The position numbers were made by a program, and so were the translations under genes. The notes beneath the pieces are model-generated. The model was given only the letters and a program-made list of their open reading frames with translations, searched no databases and was not told the origin of the DNA. Below, piece by piece: positions 1 to 12,870 of a stretch of 64,000 nt of DNA. Position 1 is the first letter of the stretch, and the number at the start of each line of letters is the position of its first letter. Origin of the DNA: Phyllobates terribilis (Eukaryota). The DNA is taken from NCBI RefSeq assembly GCF_046119375.1, contig NW_027362762.1:471758001-471822000 (forward strand), read 5' to 3'.

Positions 1-1991
1 AAGCAAGTAGGTAGTGATGAGGCATTAAATAAATATAGAAAATGTAATAAATTCTGTAAAAACCAAATCAAGGCAGCAAAGATTGAGGCAGAGAGAATCA
101 TTGCCAGAGAAAGTAAAAATAACCCCAAAATATTCTTTAACTACATAAATAGTAAAACATTAAAAAATTATAGTGTTGGCCCCCTTAAAAATAGTCTGGG
201 TGAAATGGTGGATGAGGATGAGGAAAAAGCCAATATGCTAAATTATTTTTTTTCAACCGTATTTACACAAGAAAATCGCATGACAGAAAACATGATCAGT
301 GATAACAAAAATTCTCCATTAAATGTCACTTGCTTAACCCAGCAGGAAGTACGGCGGTGTCTAAAAATCACTAAAGTTGACAAATCCCCGGGCCCGGATG
401 GGATACACCCGCGAGTACTGCAGGAATTAAGTAACGTCATTATTTTTAATCTTTAAAGATTCAATAATAACAAGGTCTGTACCACACGACTGGCGTATAG
501 CAAATGTGGTGCCAATATTCAAAAAGGGGACAAAAACTGAACTTGGCAATTATAGACCAGTAAGCTTAACCTCTACTGTGGGTAAAATCCTGGAGGGTTT
601 CCTAAGAGATGCTATACTAGTGTATCTGAAGAAGAATAACTTCATGACCCAATATCAACATGGGTTTACGAGGGACAGTTCCTGTCAAACTAATCTGATC
701 AGTTTTTATGAGGAGGAAAGTTCTGGACTGGAAATGCAGTGGATGTTGTGTATATGGACTTTTCAAAAGCTTTTGATGGGGATAGGGGAAAATATATGTA
801 TGTGGGTTAAGAATTGGCTCAGTGATAGGAAACAAAGGGTGGTTATTAATGGAAAACACTCAGACTGGGTCTCAGATAACAGTGGGGTACCACAGCGGTC
901 AGTATTGGGCCCCCTTCTTTTTAACATATTTGTTAATGACCTAGTAGGGGGCATACAGAGTAATATTTCAATATTTGCAGATGACACTAAACTCTGCAGG
1001 GTAATCAATACAGAGGAGGACAATTTTATATTACTGGAGGATCTATGTAAACTAGAAGCTTGGGCTGATAAATGGCAAATAAGCTTTAATGGGGATAAAT
1101 GTAAGGTAATTCACTTGGGCAGAGGAAATAAAATGTATAATTTTATGCTTAATTGTAAAACACTGGGCAAAAGTGTAACTGAAAAAGACCTGGGTGTATT
1201 GGTGGATGACAAGCTCACGTTTAGTGGCCAGTGTCAGGCAGCTGCTGCAAAGGCAAATAAAATAATGGGATGCATTAAAAGAGGCATAGATGCTCATGAG
1301 GAGAACATAATTTTACCTCTATACAAGTCATTAGTGCGACCACCCTTAGAATACTGTGTACGGTTTTGGTCTCCGGTGTATAAGAAAGACATAGCTGAAC
1401 TAGAGCGGGTGCAGAGAAGAGCGACCAAGGTTATTAGAGGACTGGGGGGTCTGCAATACCAAGACAGGTTATTACACTTGGGGTTATTTACTGTGGAAAA
1501 AAGAAGGCTTAGGGGTGATCTTATTACTATGTACAAGTATATGAGGGGACAGTACAAAGACCTTTCTACTGATCTTTTTACTCTGAGGCCAGAGACGGGG
1601 ACAAGGGGGCATCTTCTATGTCTGGAGGAAAGAAGGTTTAATCATAAGCACAGACGCGGATTCTTTACTGTAAGAGCAGTGAGACTATGGAACTCTCTGC
1701 CGCATGATGTTGTAATGAGTGATTCACTGTTAAAATTTAAGAAGGGCATGGATGCCTTTCTTGAAAAGTATAATATTACAGGTTATATATACTAGATTCC
1801 TTGATAGGGCGTTGATCCAGGGAACTAGTCTGATTGTCGTATGGAGTCGGGAAGGAATTTTTTTCCCCAATGTGGAGCTTAGTGTTGCCACATGGGTTTT
1901 TTTTGCCTTTCTCTGGATCAACATGTTAGGCAATGGGTTGAACTAGATGGACTTAGTCTTCCTTCAACCATAAAAACTATGTTACTATGTA
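1..1991 (+). mobile_element. CR1-clade LINE, 3' part of ORF2 (reverse transcriptase) plus 3' UTR and tail; degenerate, and runs off the 5' edge of the window
   Basis: ORFs 205-456 and 506-1795 contain CR1 RT motifs: KSPGPDGIHPRVL, GNYRPVSLTS, SGVPQ.SVLGPLLF, FADDTKL and EKRRLRGDL. The 3' UTR ends GGTTGAACTAGATGGAC...ACTATGTTACTATGT (~1935-1990), the octamer tail seen on CR1 elements. Frameshifts separate the ORFs. Confidence 0.95.
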
Positions 1992-3230
1992 AGATGGTCT
2001 CAGAGAAGCTTTCCATCCACGGAGGAAACTGCTAAAGGACTAAAGGATCAGCCAAACGTATGGTAGGAATCTGATAATGGTCCAAAACGGCCTATTGAAT
2101 GAGATTGATAGTGGCTCCGGAATCCAGATAGGCTGTCTCGATGAAGTGGGTCTCATCATTGGTAACTGAAACTGACAGTCAAGGGCGGAGAGGAAGAACT
2201 TTTGCCTAGGACGATCTCTCCAAGCGGTCCTAGACACTGGAGTTTCCCGGTCTCAGGAGTGGATTAGATGCTCTATGCTACCACAGTAGAATCAACTTCC
2301 CTTAGAGCGGCGGATTTGACGAGACTTGACCATGCTAACTTAGTCAATTTGCATAGACTCTGGAGAAGACACTAAAGGGGATGCTGGTTTCAAGACTGGC
2401 CTTTGGAAGGTTGGTGCAAGGCGCAGGGGCCTTCTCTCTTGTGTCATCTCCTTATTACACTCCTGAACAGGGATGTCGATCCATGTAGCTAATGACACCA
2501 GGTCGTCCAGAGAGGAAGGAAAAGGCCGTCTGGAAAGGCCCTCCCAAAAGGTGGACACCAGAGCCTCATTATTCCAGGCAAGTTCAGATGCAAGGGTACA
2601 GAAACATATGGCATACTTTCCCACAGAGAGACTCCCTTGGAGTCGGAGAAGAGAGGAGGCTGTCGAAGATTTTCGTCCAGGTTCATCAAACACCTTCCAG
2701 AAAGCCGCGAAGAAGGTCTGGAGGTCAGACACCAGAGGATCCCCTCTCTCCCACAGAGGGTTAAGCCACACAAACGCCTCTCCAGTGAGATGAGACATGA
2801 TGAATGCCACCTTGGCCTGGTCAGAGGTGAACTGGTGTGCCAGGAGCTCAAATTGCAGCATGCACTGATTAAGCCCCGACATAGGGCAGGGTCACCACTG
2901 AAACGTGGAGCCGGGGTCCTAAGCCAGATGCTACAGTGCCACTGGGTTGAAGTACCACTGGAGTTGGTGACGCTTGGTTAGAGATGGGAACAGTCGGGGT
3001 GGACAGCTCGTCCAAGCGGGAGTTGACTGTCCGCAGATAAGACAGGATAGTATCCTGTTGGGATCTCTGGCAAGACACCTCTTTGCACAGGTCTGAGAGT
3101 GAAGGAGACTGGTAGCTACAGGATTCCATGGCCTGTGCAAACTGTTACGGATCTGGGTGGTGGAACCTCTGTGCTGTGATACAAGGAGGGACTAGAAGGG
3201 TGTAACTAAGTGGTATCATCACCAGCTACA
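1992..3230 (-). mobile_element. Ty3/Gypsy LTR retrotransposon relic: 5' LTR end, gag (PEG10/RTL-like capsid plus CCHC knuckle) and start of the aspartic protease
   Basis: ORFs 2869-3129 and 2340-2882 read as retrotransposon gag (DQAKVAFIMSHLTGEA, LRLQGSLSVGKYA..F.TLASELAWN.EAL...F..GLS). The minus strand at ~2255-2295 translates FYCGSIEHLIHS (zinc-knuckle remnant) and at 2101-2140 ETAYLDSGATINL (protease DSG motif). An LTR-like end ...CCGTAACA lies at 3143-3150. Confidence 0.88.
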
Positions 3231-3269
3231 GATGATTGTTCATTCTAGTCACATAAATTTCTTCCACTG

Positions 3270-4200
3270 TCCATAATTATTTTTTTTTTATTTCTTTGGC
3301 CTTATATACAAGTCATTACCCTGGAAAGAATGTTTCTTATCATTTTTTCCATTTTAGCATGTTTTTTGTATGTTTATCAGTCCGTAAAAGTGGCGTAATA
3401 CTCTGACAACATTGTTCACAGATATGCTATTTGTCAGCAGCCAACTGTGAATAGGTTTGAACCCACAACTGCAATACTTTAAACGGAGTGTAATATTTGA
3501 CATACTCACAAAGATTGCTGGATTATTAGAGCAGTCATATGGGATAATATCTGATAGCCACGGTTTCAGGCAGTCGTTTAATAGTATGGTATTTGTCAGC
3601 GACTAAGTGTCAATTTGTTCAAAACAGGTGGCTGACTATAAATTGAGTGGAATATTTGGTACCCTCTACAAAATTTCTGTATTACGGCAGTCATATGGGT
3701 CAGGTGTGTCTGATCATTTTAAAAAGTTCCTCTGCTTCCACAATACCGTATTAATAAAACTAAAAAAATATGACTGGATTATGCTTACAAATGAAGCAGT
3801 AAAATGGTGTACACTGACACTGCTACAATCTATAAATGGAGGATAATATTTTCTACCTTTACTATAAATAGCTGATTTTGGAACGCAGCTATACGTGATA
3901 AGTGAGGGAGAACCACGGTTTTATAAAGTGGGCCTGTAGTTTACTTATACTTCTTCACAGCGACCTCGTGTGAATAACTTCACTGACACAGCAACAAAAT
4001 GGAAATGGAGGCCAATATTTTCCACGTTAACTACAAATTTCTGCATTTTTATCGCTGTAATATGGAAAAGATCTGGCTGTATTCTGTAGTTCTAATAAGC
4101 AAAAGAAGCAGAAAAATTGTGTACTCTGGATTGCTTTTTAAGCTACTAACCAGGATTAAGATAAAGAAAAAAAATTTGCCCTGGCCCCTGATAGCTGGGG
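3270..4200. mobile_element. Degenerate hAT subterminal fragments: a 3'-end type piece at ~3270-3420 and a 5'-end type piece at ~3950-4200
   Basis: 3280-3420 matches the reverse complement of 58100-58230. 3960-4200 matches 38790-39060, e.g. CTTCACTGACAC, GCTGTAATATGGAAA, CTCTGGATTGCTTTTTAAG and CCTGGCCCCTGA. Confidence 0.7.
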
Positions 4201-4217
4201 CTAGGTCTACAAAAATC

Positions 4218-4283
4218 TATAATCTAAATATTATAACCTATAATCTAAATATTATACCATATAATCTAAATATTATAATCTAT
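4218..4283 (+). repeat. 21-bp AT-rich tandem repeat, ~3 copies
   Basis: TATAATCTAAATATTATA plus 3 variable bases, repeated directly to the left of the Tc1. Confidence 0.9.
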
Positions 4284-4294
4284 ATATTTATACA

Positions 4295-5767
4295 CACTGC
4301 TCAAAAAAATAGAGAACACTCAAATAACACATCCTAGATCTGAATGAATGAAATATTCTCATTGAATACTTTTGTTCTGTATAAAGTTGAATGTGCTGAC
4401 AACAAAATCACACAAAAATCATAAATGGAAATCAAATGTATTAACCAATGGAGGCCTGGATTTGGAGTCCCCCCCCCCCCCCCCAAAAAAAAAAAAAAAT
4501 TAAAGTGTGAAAACACTCTACAGGCTGATCCACCTTTGATGTAATGTCCTTAAAACAAGTCAAAATGAGTCTCAGTATTGTGTGTGGTCTCCATGTGCCT
4601 GTATGACCTCCCTACAACGCCTGAAATAAAGCATCCGCCAACCCCTGGACAGTCTGTGGTGCAATGTGACGCTGCTGGGATGGAGCGACACATGATGTCC
4701 CAGATGTGCTCAATCGGATTCAGGTCTGGGGAATGTGCGGGCCAGTCCATAGCTTCAATGCCTTCATTTTGCAGGAACTGCTGACACACTCCAGCCACAT
4801 GAGGTCTGGCATTGTCCTGCATTAGGAGGAACTGAGGGCCAACCGCACCAGCATATGGTCTCACAAGGGGTCTGAGGATCTCATCTCGGTACCTAATGAC
4901 AGTCAGGCTACCTCTGGTGAGCACATGGATGGCTGTGCGGCCCTCCAAAGAAATGCCACCCCACACTATTACTGCCCCACTGCCAAACCAGTCATGCTGA
5001 AGGATGTTGCAGGCAGCAGATCGCTCTCCATGGTGTCTCCCACATATGCTCAGTGTGAATCTGCTTTAATCTGTTAAGAGCACAAGGTGACAATGGCAAC
5101 TTTGCCAATCCTAGTGTTCTGTGGCAAATGCCATGCGTCGTGCATGGTGTTGGGCTGTGAGCACAACCCTCATCTGGTGACATCGGGCCCTCATACCACC
5201 CTCATGGAGTCTGTTTCTAACAGTTTGTGCAGACACATGCACATTTGTGGCCTGCTGGAGGTCATTTTGCAGGGCTCTGGCAGTGCTGCTCCTCTTCTTC
5301 CTTGCACAAAGGCGGAGGTAGCGGTCCTGCTGCTGGGTTGTTGCCCTCCTACGGCCCCCTCCACGTCTCCTGGTAGCGCCTCCAGCTTCTGGACACTACA
5401 CAAACAGTTTTGCCACAGCTCGCATTGATGTGCCATCCTGGATGAGCTGCACTACCTGAGCAAGTTCTGTGGGTTGTAGATGCCGCCTCATGCTACGATG
5501 AGTGTGAAAGTACAACCAACATTCAAAAGTGACCAAAACATCAGCCTGAAAGCATTGGTACTGAGATGTGGTCCTGCAGAACCACTCCTTTATTGAGGGT
5601 ATCTTGATAATTGCAAATAATTTCCATCTATTGTCTTCCCTTTGCACAACAGCATGTGAAATTTATTGTCAGTGTTGCTTCCTAAGTGGACAGTTTAATT
5701 TCACAGAAGTTTGATTTACTTGGAGTTATATTCTGATTAAATGTTCCCTTTATTTTTTTGAGCAGTG
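4295..5767 (-). mobile_element. Tc1/mariner DNA transposon (DD34E type), both ends present, transposase pseudogenised
   Basis: TIRs CACTGCTCAAAAAAATA(G/A)AG at 4295 and ...TTTATTTTTTTGAGCAGTG ending at 5767, followed by TA. ORF 4550-4966 contains QDNARPH...WPAHSPDLNPIEHIWD. An N-terminal HTH-like segment ([16 protein letters not shown]) is in ORF 5396-5647. Confidence 0.95.
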
Positions 5768-5789
5768 TATAAATATTACATAATATTAT

Positions 5790-5958
5790 ATATACAGCAT
5801 TACAGTGCGTGGCAAGCAATCCCTGCATGTTCATTGATTCTCTGAAGAGCACCAAACATGCCGTGCGGGGACCCGAGTTCCCGCCCGTGCAACCCAGAAA
5901 TAATTGCCTAGTTTGTCGAGCACCGTGATGCTTGGTTGAGTACCGAGTAGTGGCAAGC
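5790..5958 (-). mobile_element. hAT 5' terminal region fragment lacking the last ~15 bp of the TIR
   Basis: GCAATCCCTGCATGTTCATT...GAGTACCGAGTAGT matches 33725-33895 and 54140-54305. Confidence 0.8.
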
Positions 5959-6835
5959 ACCTTGACCCCCAAGTTGATTCACAGAATTTTATAACATTGA
6001 GCTTTGAAAATAAAAGATCTTTTTCCCTCAAAAAGGTTTTTAGCCAGAATTCTTTTTTATTTTAAAAGATAACAGGAGACAATGAACCACAAAATTTGTT
6101 ATACAATTTCTCCTGATTATGGCGATGCTCCATATGTGGTGGAAATCTACTGTTTGGGCACAAGGCAGGGCTCAGAAAAGAATAAGAACCATTTGATTTT
6201 TGGAATGCAAAATTTGCTGGAATAGATGGTAGATGCCATGTCTCTTTTGGAGAGCCCCCGATGTAGGGCTTTCTTCACTAAGGCACAAGTCACCTAGTTT
6301 TGGAAATTCAACCCCTTAAGAAATCTAGATGTGTGGTGAGCACCTTGAACCCCCAGGTGCTTCACAGAATTTTATAGCATTGAGTCATGAAAATAAACAA
6401 TCACTTACCTCAAAATTGTTTTAACCCAATTTTTTTTTTCTTTTTTTTTATTTCTCAAGAGTAACGGGAGAAAAATGGACCCAAACATTTGCTGTGCAAT
6501 TTCTTTTTAGTACGCAGACACTATGTGGTGGAAAACTACTGCTTGAGTGCACTGCCAAGCTCCAAAAGGAAGGAGTGACGTTTTAGGGTGCAGACTGATT
6601 GAAAGGTATGTGGGTGTCATGTTGCATTTGTAGAGCCCCTGATGTACCTATACAGTGGAATTCCCCGACAAGTGACCCCATTTTGGAAACTTTTGCCCTT
6701 GAGAAATTTGTCTATATGTGTGGAGCACCTTGAAACCACAGGTGCTTCACAGAATTATACAACGCTAAGCCATGAAACTGAAAAATTAGATTTTTGCCTC
6801 AAAAATGTTTCTTTAGCTTTTCTTTCTTGCAAGGG
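5955..6835 (+). repeat. ~384-bp tandem repeat, ~2.3 copies; probably internal repeats of a non-autonomous DNA transposon
   Basis: The anchor GCACCTTGA(A)..C..AGGTGCTTCACAGAATT recurs at ~5957, ~6340 and ~6724. Confidence 0.85.
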
Positions 6836-7840
6836 GGTATAGATGAGGGAGTAGATTCAGTGCAAATATTTTTTTGTGTCAGATTTCATGAAGATCATAT
6901 GTCCTTGAGAAATGAGCCATTTAAAATTTGTTGAAAAATGCATCATCCATAAAGGGCTCACATGACCTCAGGTGTGCCGTGCAGGCTTACCTGTAATACC
7001 CTGTAGCTATGACATTGCATGGTATAGAGCAGCTAATCAGGAGGGTTTATTAGAGCCTCTCTAATAGATGAGGTAGGGAATGCAGCAACCATTTTAGAGT
7101 TCAAGAGGCAATAGAAAGGACCTCAGAGCGCACGGTCAAGCATGAGACAAAGGTAGGGAAAGGGTAAAGGGACAACTTTTCTTGACAGTTTGGTGTACAT
7201 CTGCAGCGCTAAAGAGAGAATATAGGAGAAATAGCCTTAATGCATAGATTTTAATGATATTGGGAGAGAGATAGGAGAGGTGCCAGCAGCAGACACAGTA
7301 TGTTTGATCAGTGATAACCTCAAGGAGGGCTTAGGTCTTGTCCTGCTGCCTGTGAATTGCACATTTTTTCTTCATTCTTTAAGTACAAGAAAGCCAGTTC
7401 AAGGCCTTCAGAACAATTTTTTTCAGATTAAGAAATAAAACTAGTCATTACTAGTCACAGTTAGTGTGTTTGCTTTTGACAATAAACAAACAACTGTCCT
7501 TAGAATTTTAACTTCTTGTGAAATTCTTTTGTGAATGGAGTGAATAATTAAAAAAAAAATTCACAACAATCCAGACATTTAAATTACAGATGAGAGGATT
7601 AATTTGCGGGACTCCTTTCCAGGGTCCAAGTCAGTTGTACCTTACCACTAGACAGTAGAACTTTAAATCTTACTGTCTGGGGAGTTGGGTGTGGCATTTG
7701 CTCATTTCTACCAGGGAAACTCACCAAAATGAACATAACATTTAAACTACATCATAGAAAATAGGCAGAAAGATTTACCAATACCAATTAACAATATTAA
7801 AGGGGAGATCCAAGACTTTGTAAAAAAAAAAAAAATAAAT

Positions 7841-8247
7841 GACTAAGCACTATTAGACAAGTGGTGACCTACCTGCCTGTTGTGCCTGGCACAGTTCTCC
7901 ACTGGCTGAGAGTGGTCACTGACCGCTCCTGTCCACGATTAAGCGGCTCTCTGTCACTTCCTCTTCCAGGCTACTCTACTGACAGTGCAGGACTGCTGGA
8001 ATCATGCTTATTCACTGCCAGCTCCCAGTTTGGCAGTAAGGATCCTGCTGTTAGCCAGCATGATGTCATTAGTCCTGCTCCGTCAACAGAGTAGAGGGGA
8101 AAAGAAACAGCTACTGTATCAAAGAGATATCAATGGAAGCCGCTGAATCACCGACAGTAAAGGTCAGTGACCGCTCTGTGCTGGCAAAAACAATACCGGG
8201 CACAACAGGCAGGTTGGTTGGAACCAACTGCCTTTTAGTGTTTAGAC
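7841..8247. mobile_element. ~400-bp palindromic MITE with long imperfect TIRs
   Basis: The left arm ACCTGCCTGTTGTGCC...GGTCACTGACC mirrors the right arm GGTCAGTGACC...GGCACAACAGGCAGGT over roughly 130 bp. Confidence 0.8.
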
Positions 8248-8422
8248 ACCTTTTTGCAAAGTCCCGGATATCACTTTTAATGCACTATAGGATGAAAGAG
8301 GCCCAAATGATAAAGGCACAGACATTAGTAGAACAGTGAAAATAGTATACTTTTGTGAACAAACATTTATACTGTATTAGGTAACATCTAATTAATGTAT
8401 ACCTCAGGGACACTTAACAGTG

Positions 8423-11400
8423 ACATAGTAACATAGTAATGTAGATTAAATAAAGACCTAGGTCCATCAAGTTCAACCTTTCCCCCCCAATTGTACTCCC
8501 TACACTAACACTACACTAACTTACTAATGTACAGCGATTAGGCCTCACAAATGTAATACCATTTTATTATTGCTGCACTATTACAATTAAAATTGAAACT
8601 GTTAATTTTTAAAAATCTAAAACTGATTCTAATGGTATTACTAAAATCCCTATGCCTAAATCTGTCGATCCGGAAGAAGTCAAATACCCCAGGACACTTT
8701 CAGCCAATTTGCATCACAGGGAAAAATTCCTTAATGATCCTAAGAAAAGGCGATCAGTCCTAGAACCCTGGATCAAATTTAATTATGATACTAGTTATGT
8801 AATTACTATTTCCGTGCTAAATGTACTACTAAAGGTGTAACATTTTGTTTAATTTAACGGTAACCCACAACGTTAAGTGTAACGAGGAAATAGTCCAGCT
8901 TTTTTTTAGAAAGCTATTAATAGTGTCAGCCATTACTATCTCTTGTGGTCGGACATTCCATAGTCCGACTGCTCCGACTGTAAAAAACTCTTGTTTAGGT
9001 GCCGGAATCGCCTTTTTTCCACCCATAATGAGTGCCCCATGGTCCTTAGTATGATATTTAGAAGGAATAAGTCATGTGTTAGTTCTTTGTACTGACCACA
9101 CATTTATACATATAATTGAGATCCTTTCTAAGGTGTCATTTTTTTAAGCTAAACAAGCTCAACTTCTTCAACCTCATCATATAAGAGGCCTCTCATCCCT
9201 TGTAATAATCTAGTTCCCCACCTTTGAACTGACAAACTTCTGAATATTTTTTTTTAAAAATGTGGAGCCCAAAACCAGATCCCATTTTCCAGATGTGGCC
9301 TCATCACTGATCTATAAAGGGGTTACAATACATATGGACAGCGGGATTTTATTTCTCTTTTTATACATCTTAAAATTTTATTTTTTTCGGCTGCTGCATG
9401 ACATGGAGTACTGCTGCTCAGCTTACTTGTAACCAGAATACCCAAGACCTTCTCCTGTTCTGTAGTGTTGAGTATACTCCCATTTAATGTATATGCAGCA
9501 ATAGGATTACTCCGCCCTAGGTGCATTACTCTACATTTATCTACATTAAACCTCATCTGCCAAGTGTTTGCCCAGTCATCTTAACCAGATTTTGTTCTGC
9601 AATATTGTAATGTCAATTTCAGATTTTAATATCCTACATAGTTTGGTGTCATCAGCAAAGACTGACACTTTATTCTCAATTCCATCCCCAAGATCATTAA
9701 TAAAAGGTTAAGAATTGGTCCTAGCACAGATCCCTGCGGCACCCCACTGCTGATTTTATCTCATTTAGAGAACGTCCCATTTATGACGACTGTTTCCTAT
9801 CATTTAGGCAATTCCTTACCCATCTACATATAGTTCCTTCACATCATTGCTTCTGTAGCTTCAGTATAAGGCTGTTATGTGGTACAGTATCAAATGCCTT
9901 TGCAAAGTCCAGATAAATCATATCAGCTGCATTCCCAACATCCAGATTTGCACTTACCTCCTCATAGAACCCCAACATGTTGGTTAGACACAACCTCTTT
10001 CATGGATCCATGATGATTAAAATTTATTATATTATTTTCTGTAATATAACTGTGCAGGTCATCTCTTATGACACCCTCAAAAACTTTGCACACTATCGAT
10101 GTCCGACTTACCGGATGGTAGTTACCTGGATCCACCTTATCTTTCTTAAATATCGGTACCACATCAGCTATCCTCCAATCCTTTGGCACTTCTCCTGTTA
10201 CAAGTTAATCTAAGAAAATGAGAGTCAGCGGTCTGTCAATTACAGAGCTCAATTCCCTCAGTATCCATGGATGAATACCATCTGGGCCGGGGGATTTGTA
10301 AAAGTTTAATTTTCTCAGACGCAGGCGTACTTTTAAACTAGTTATATCAGGTGGTGAACTTTGATTTTTGCCCAGTTGAAAGATCCCTGAAACAGACGGT
10401 TTGTTGGTAAACATGGATGAAAAGTGTCTGTTTAATATCTCAGTTTTTTCTTTGTCCTCTATAATTATCTTGTTACCATCTGATTTTTTCTTTTTGTTAT
10501 TGATGTATACATTTTTTGTGGATTTCTTTTAATGTCGCTGGTGTTTTGTTGCTCTGTTGATAATTTTCCTAGCTTAATTTCTTTTTTACATTTCTTATTT
10601 AGGTCTTTATACTCCTGAAATGCTATTTCAGTATTCTCAGCCTTCAAGATATTGAATCTTCTTTGTTTTTGTCTTGTTTAACTTTGTACTTTTATCCATA
10701 ATGGTTTCTTTTTATTCCTCAACATTTTATTACCAGAGGGTATACATTTTTTACAGGATTCTAGTAGTATTTCTTTAAACATGCCCCATTTACATTTGGT
10801 ATCCCCAGTTACAAAGACATGGTCCCAGTCTACAAGATTAAGCTCTTCCCTTAACCCTTTTACAGCCTGTGGTGTATTAGTACGCACAAGGCTGTCACCC
10901 CCTGTTCAGCGCGGGCTCCGGCACTGAGCCCACATTCAACCGGGCACATGTCAGCTGATTATTACAGCTGTCATGTGCCCGCAACAGCCACGGGTGGAAT
11001 CGTGATCCACCTGCAGCTGTTAACATGTTAAATGCCTTTGTCAATCTCTGACAGCGGCATTTAACATCACCGCACCGGAAGCGAGTCACATAACCCGCCC
11101 ATCGGTGACCCCGTCACGTGATTGCGGGTCACCGATGCGTGGGCATGACAACCCTGGGTCTGCAGCAGACCCCAGTGGTTGTCATGTGCTGATCGCTATG
11201 AGTGCCACCTGGTGGTCAGCACTCATAGCACAGGACCATTTCTGCTACATAGAGGTGATCTGCTCATCATCACCTCTATGTAGCAGAGGCGATTAGACAA
11301 GTGCTGCTTCTAGTCTCCTATTGAGACTATAGAAGCGTGCAAAAAGTGAAGAAAAGTGTTTAAAAATATTAAAAAATTAAAATATATAAGTTTAAATCAC

Positions 11401-12870
11401 CCCATTTACCCTCATTCAAAATAAAAAAAAAAAACACATACACATACTGTATTTGGTATCGCCGCATTCATAATTGCCCAATCAATATAAAAAAATTATT
11501 AATCCAATCAGTAAATGACATAACGATAAAAAATTTCTAAGCGCCGGAATTACGTTTTTTGGTCGCCGCAACATTGCAATAAGATGCAATAACGGGCGAA
11601 TAAAATATCAGATCTACCCCAAAATGATATCAATAAAAACTTCAGCTCAGCGCGCAAAAAATAAACACTCACCCAGCCCCAGATCCCCAAAAATGGAGAC
11701 GCTATGGATCTTGGAAAATGGCTTTTTTTTATTTTTTTTAAGCAAACTTTGGAATTTTTTTTCATTACTTAAATAAAAAAGAAACTATACATGTTTGGTG
11801 TCTATGAACTCGTAATGACCTGGGGAATAAGAATGGCAGGTCAGTTTTAGCATTCAGTGAACGTGGTAAAAAAAAACAAAAAAAAAAACACATCTGTGGT
11901 ATTGCACTTTTTTTGCAATTTCACCGCATTTGAAATTTTTTTTCCTGTTTTCCTGTACACGATATGGTAAAACCAGTAATGTCATTCAAAAGTACAACTC
12001 GTCCCGCAAAAGATAAGCCCTCACACGGCCATATGACTGAAAAATACAAACGCAATGGCTCTGGGAACAAAGGGAGCAAAAAACGAAAATGCAAAAATGG
12101 AAAATCCCAGGGTTGTGAAGGAGTTCATTTTTTTAAATCAACTTTCCTAAAGTCCCAAGTTTTTGCATTTCCTTTTTGAAATGTTTTATTGAATATTACG
12201 TTGAAACTTACAATATTATAGTCACCGTTTCCCAAATGCTCTCAGACCTGTAGATCTGAAATTGTATCTGGTCTATTTGACAGCACCAGATCCAGCAGCT
12301 TACTTCCCCTGATTGGTTCATTTACCAGCTGAGAGAGGTAATTGTCCTAAACTGTGGTAAGAACTTTCAGTTTTTAGCACAACTGGACAATTCTATGTCC
12401 CATTGAATGTCTGGATAGTTAAAATTCCCCATAAGGACCCTATTTGCTGCATTTTTAATTTGGTGCAGCATTTCGTCTTCTACCAGTTCAGCTATATTAG
12501 GAGGCTTGTAACAAACTCCAATTAAAAGCTTTCCATTATAGCCATCCCCATTTACATTAACCCAGATTGACTCTACATTGTCGTTGCTCCCCTTAATTTG
12601 GTCATTGAGCATAGGTTTTAAGTTAGATCTTACAAAAATACATACCCCTCCATCTTTGTCTTTCCTGTTTTATCAAAATGTAGTATATCATTTTTCACGT
12701 TTGTCGCCCAGTCATGGCTTTAATCCAGCCTGGTTTCTGTAATGCCCACCATATCATATTCTGTGACTGACATAAGAGTCTCCAGTTAATTCATTTGGTT
12801 AGCGACACTTCTTGCATTTGCTAGCAGACATTTAATACTATTAGCACATTTGTTACTCCTACTCAGCTGC
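8423..12870 (-). mobile_element. Second CR1 LINE (APE endonuclease plus RT ORF2 and 3' UTR), pseudogenised and interrupted at 10851-12127
   Basis: Tail ACATAGTAACATAGT at 8423-8437 and GTCCATCAAGTTCAACC at ~8461. VSVFADDT at ~9645-9668 and KSPGPDGIHP in ORF 10205-10414. APE motifs IGVCYKPP/GNFNYPDI in ORF 12367-12612 and KCLLANARS...DMVGITET at ~12740-12830. Confidence 0.95.
10855..12123. mobile_element. Non-autonomous TTAA-specific (piggyBac-like) element inserted in CR1 ORF2
   Basis: TTAA at 10851-10854 is followed by CCCTTTTACAGCC. The right end GGTTGTGAAGGAG is followed by TTCA at 12124-12127 (a degenerate TTAA). There is no transposase ORF. Removing the element rejoins the CR1 reading frame (VDLKK-LREEL). 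Confidence 0.85.

Noticed and set aside
2340-2882. PEG10/RTL-like domesticated gag gene
   Set aside because: The gag is frameshifted, the zinc knuckle is broken, pol is truncated and an LTR remnant is attached, so it is a decayed retrotransposon.
6840-7800. Possible host exon or unique regulatory DNA
   Set aside because: There is no ORF of 60 aa or more, no recognisable motif and no convincing splice pattern; it cannot be assigned without a search.
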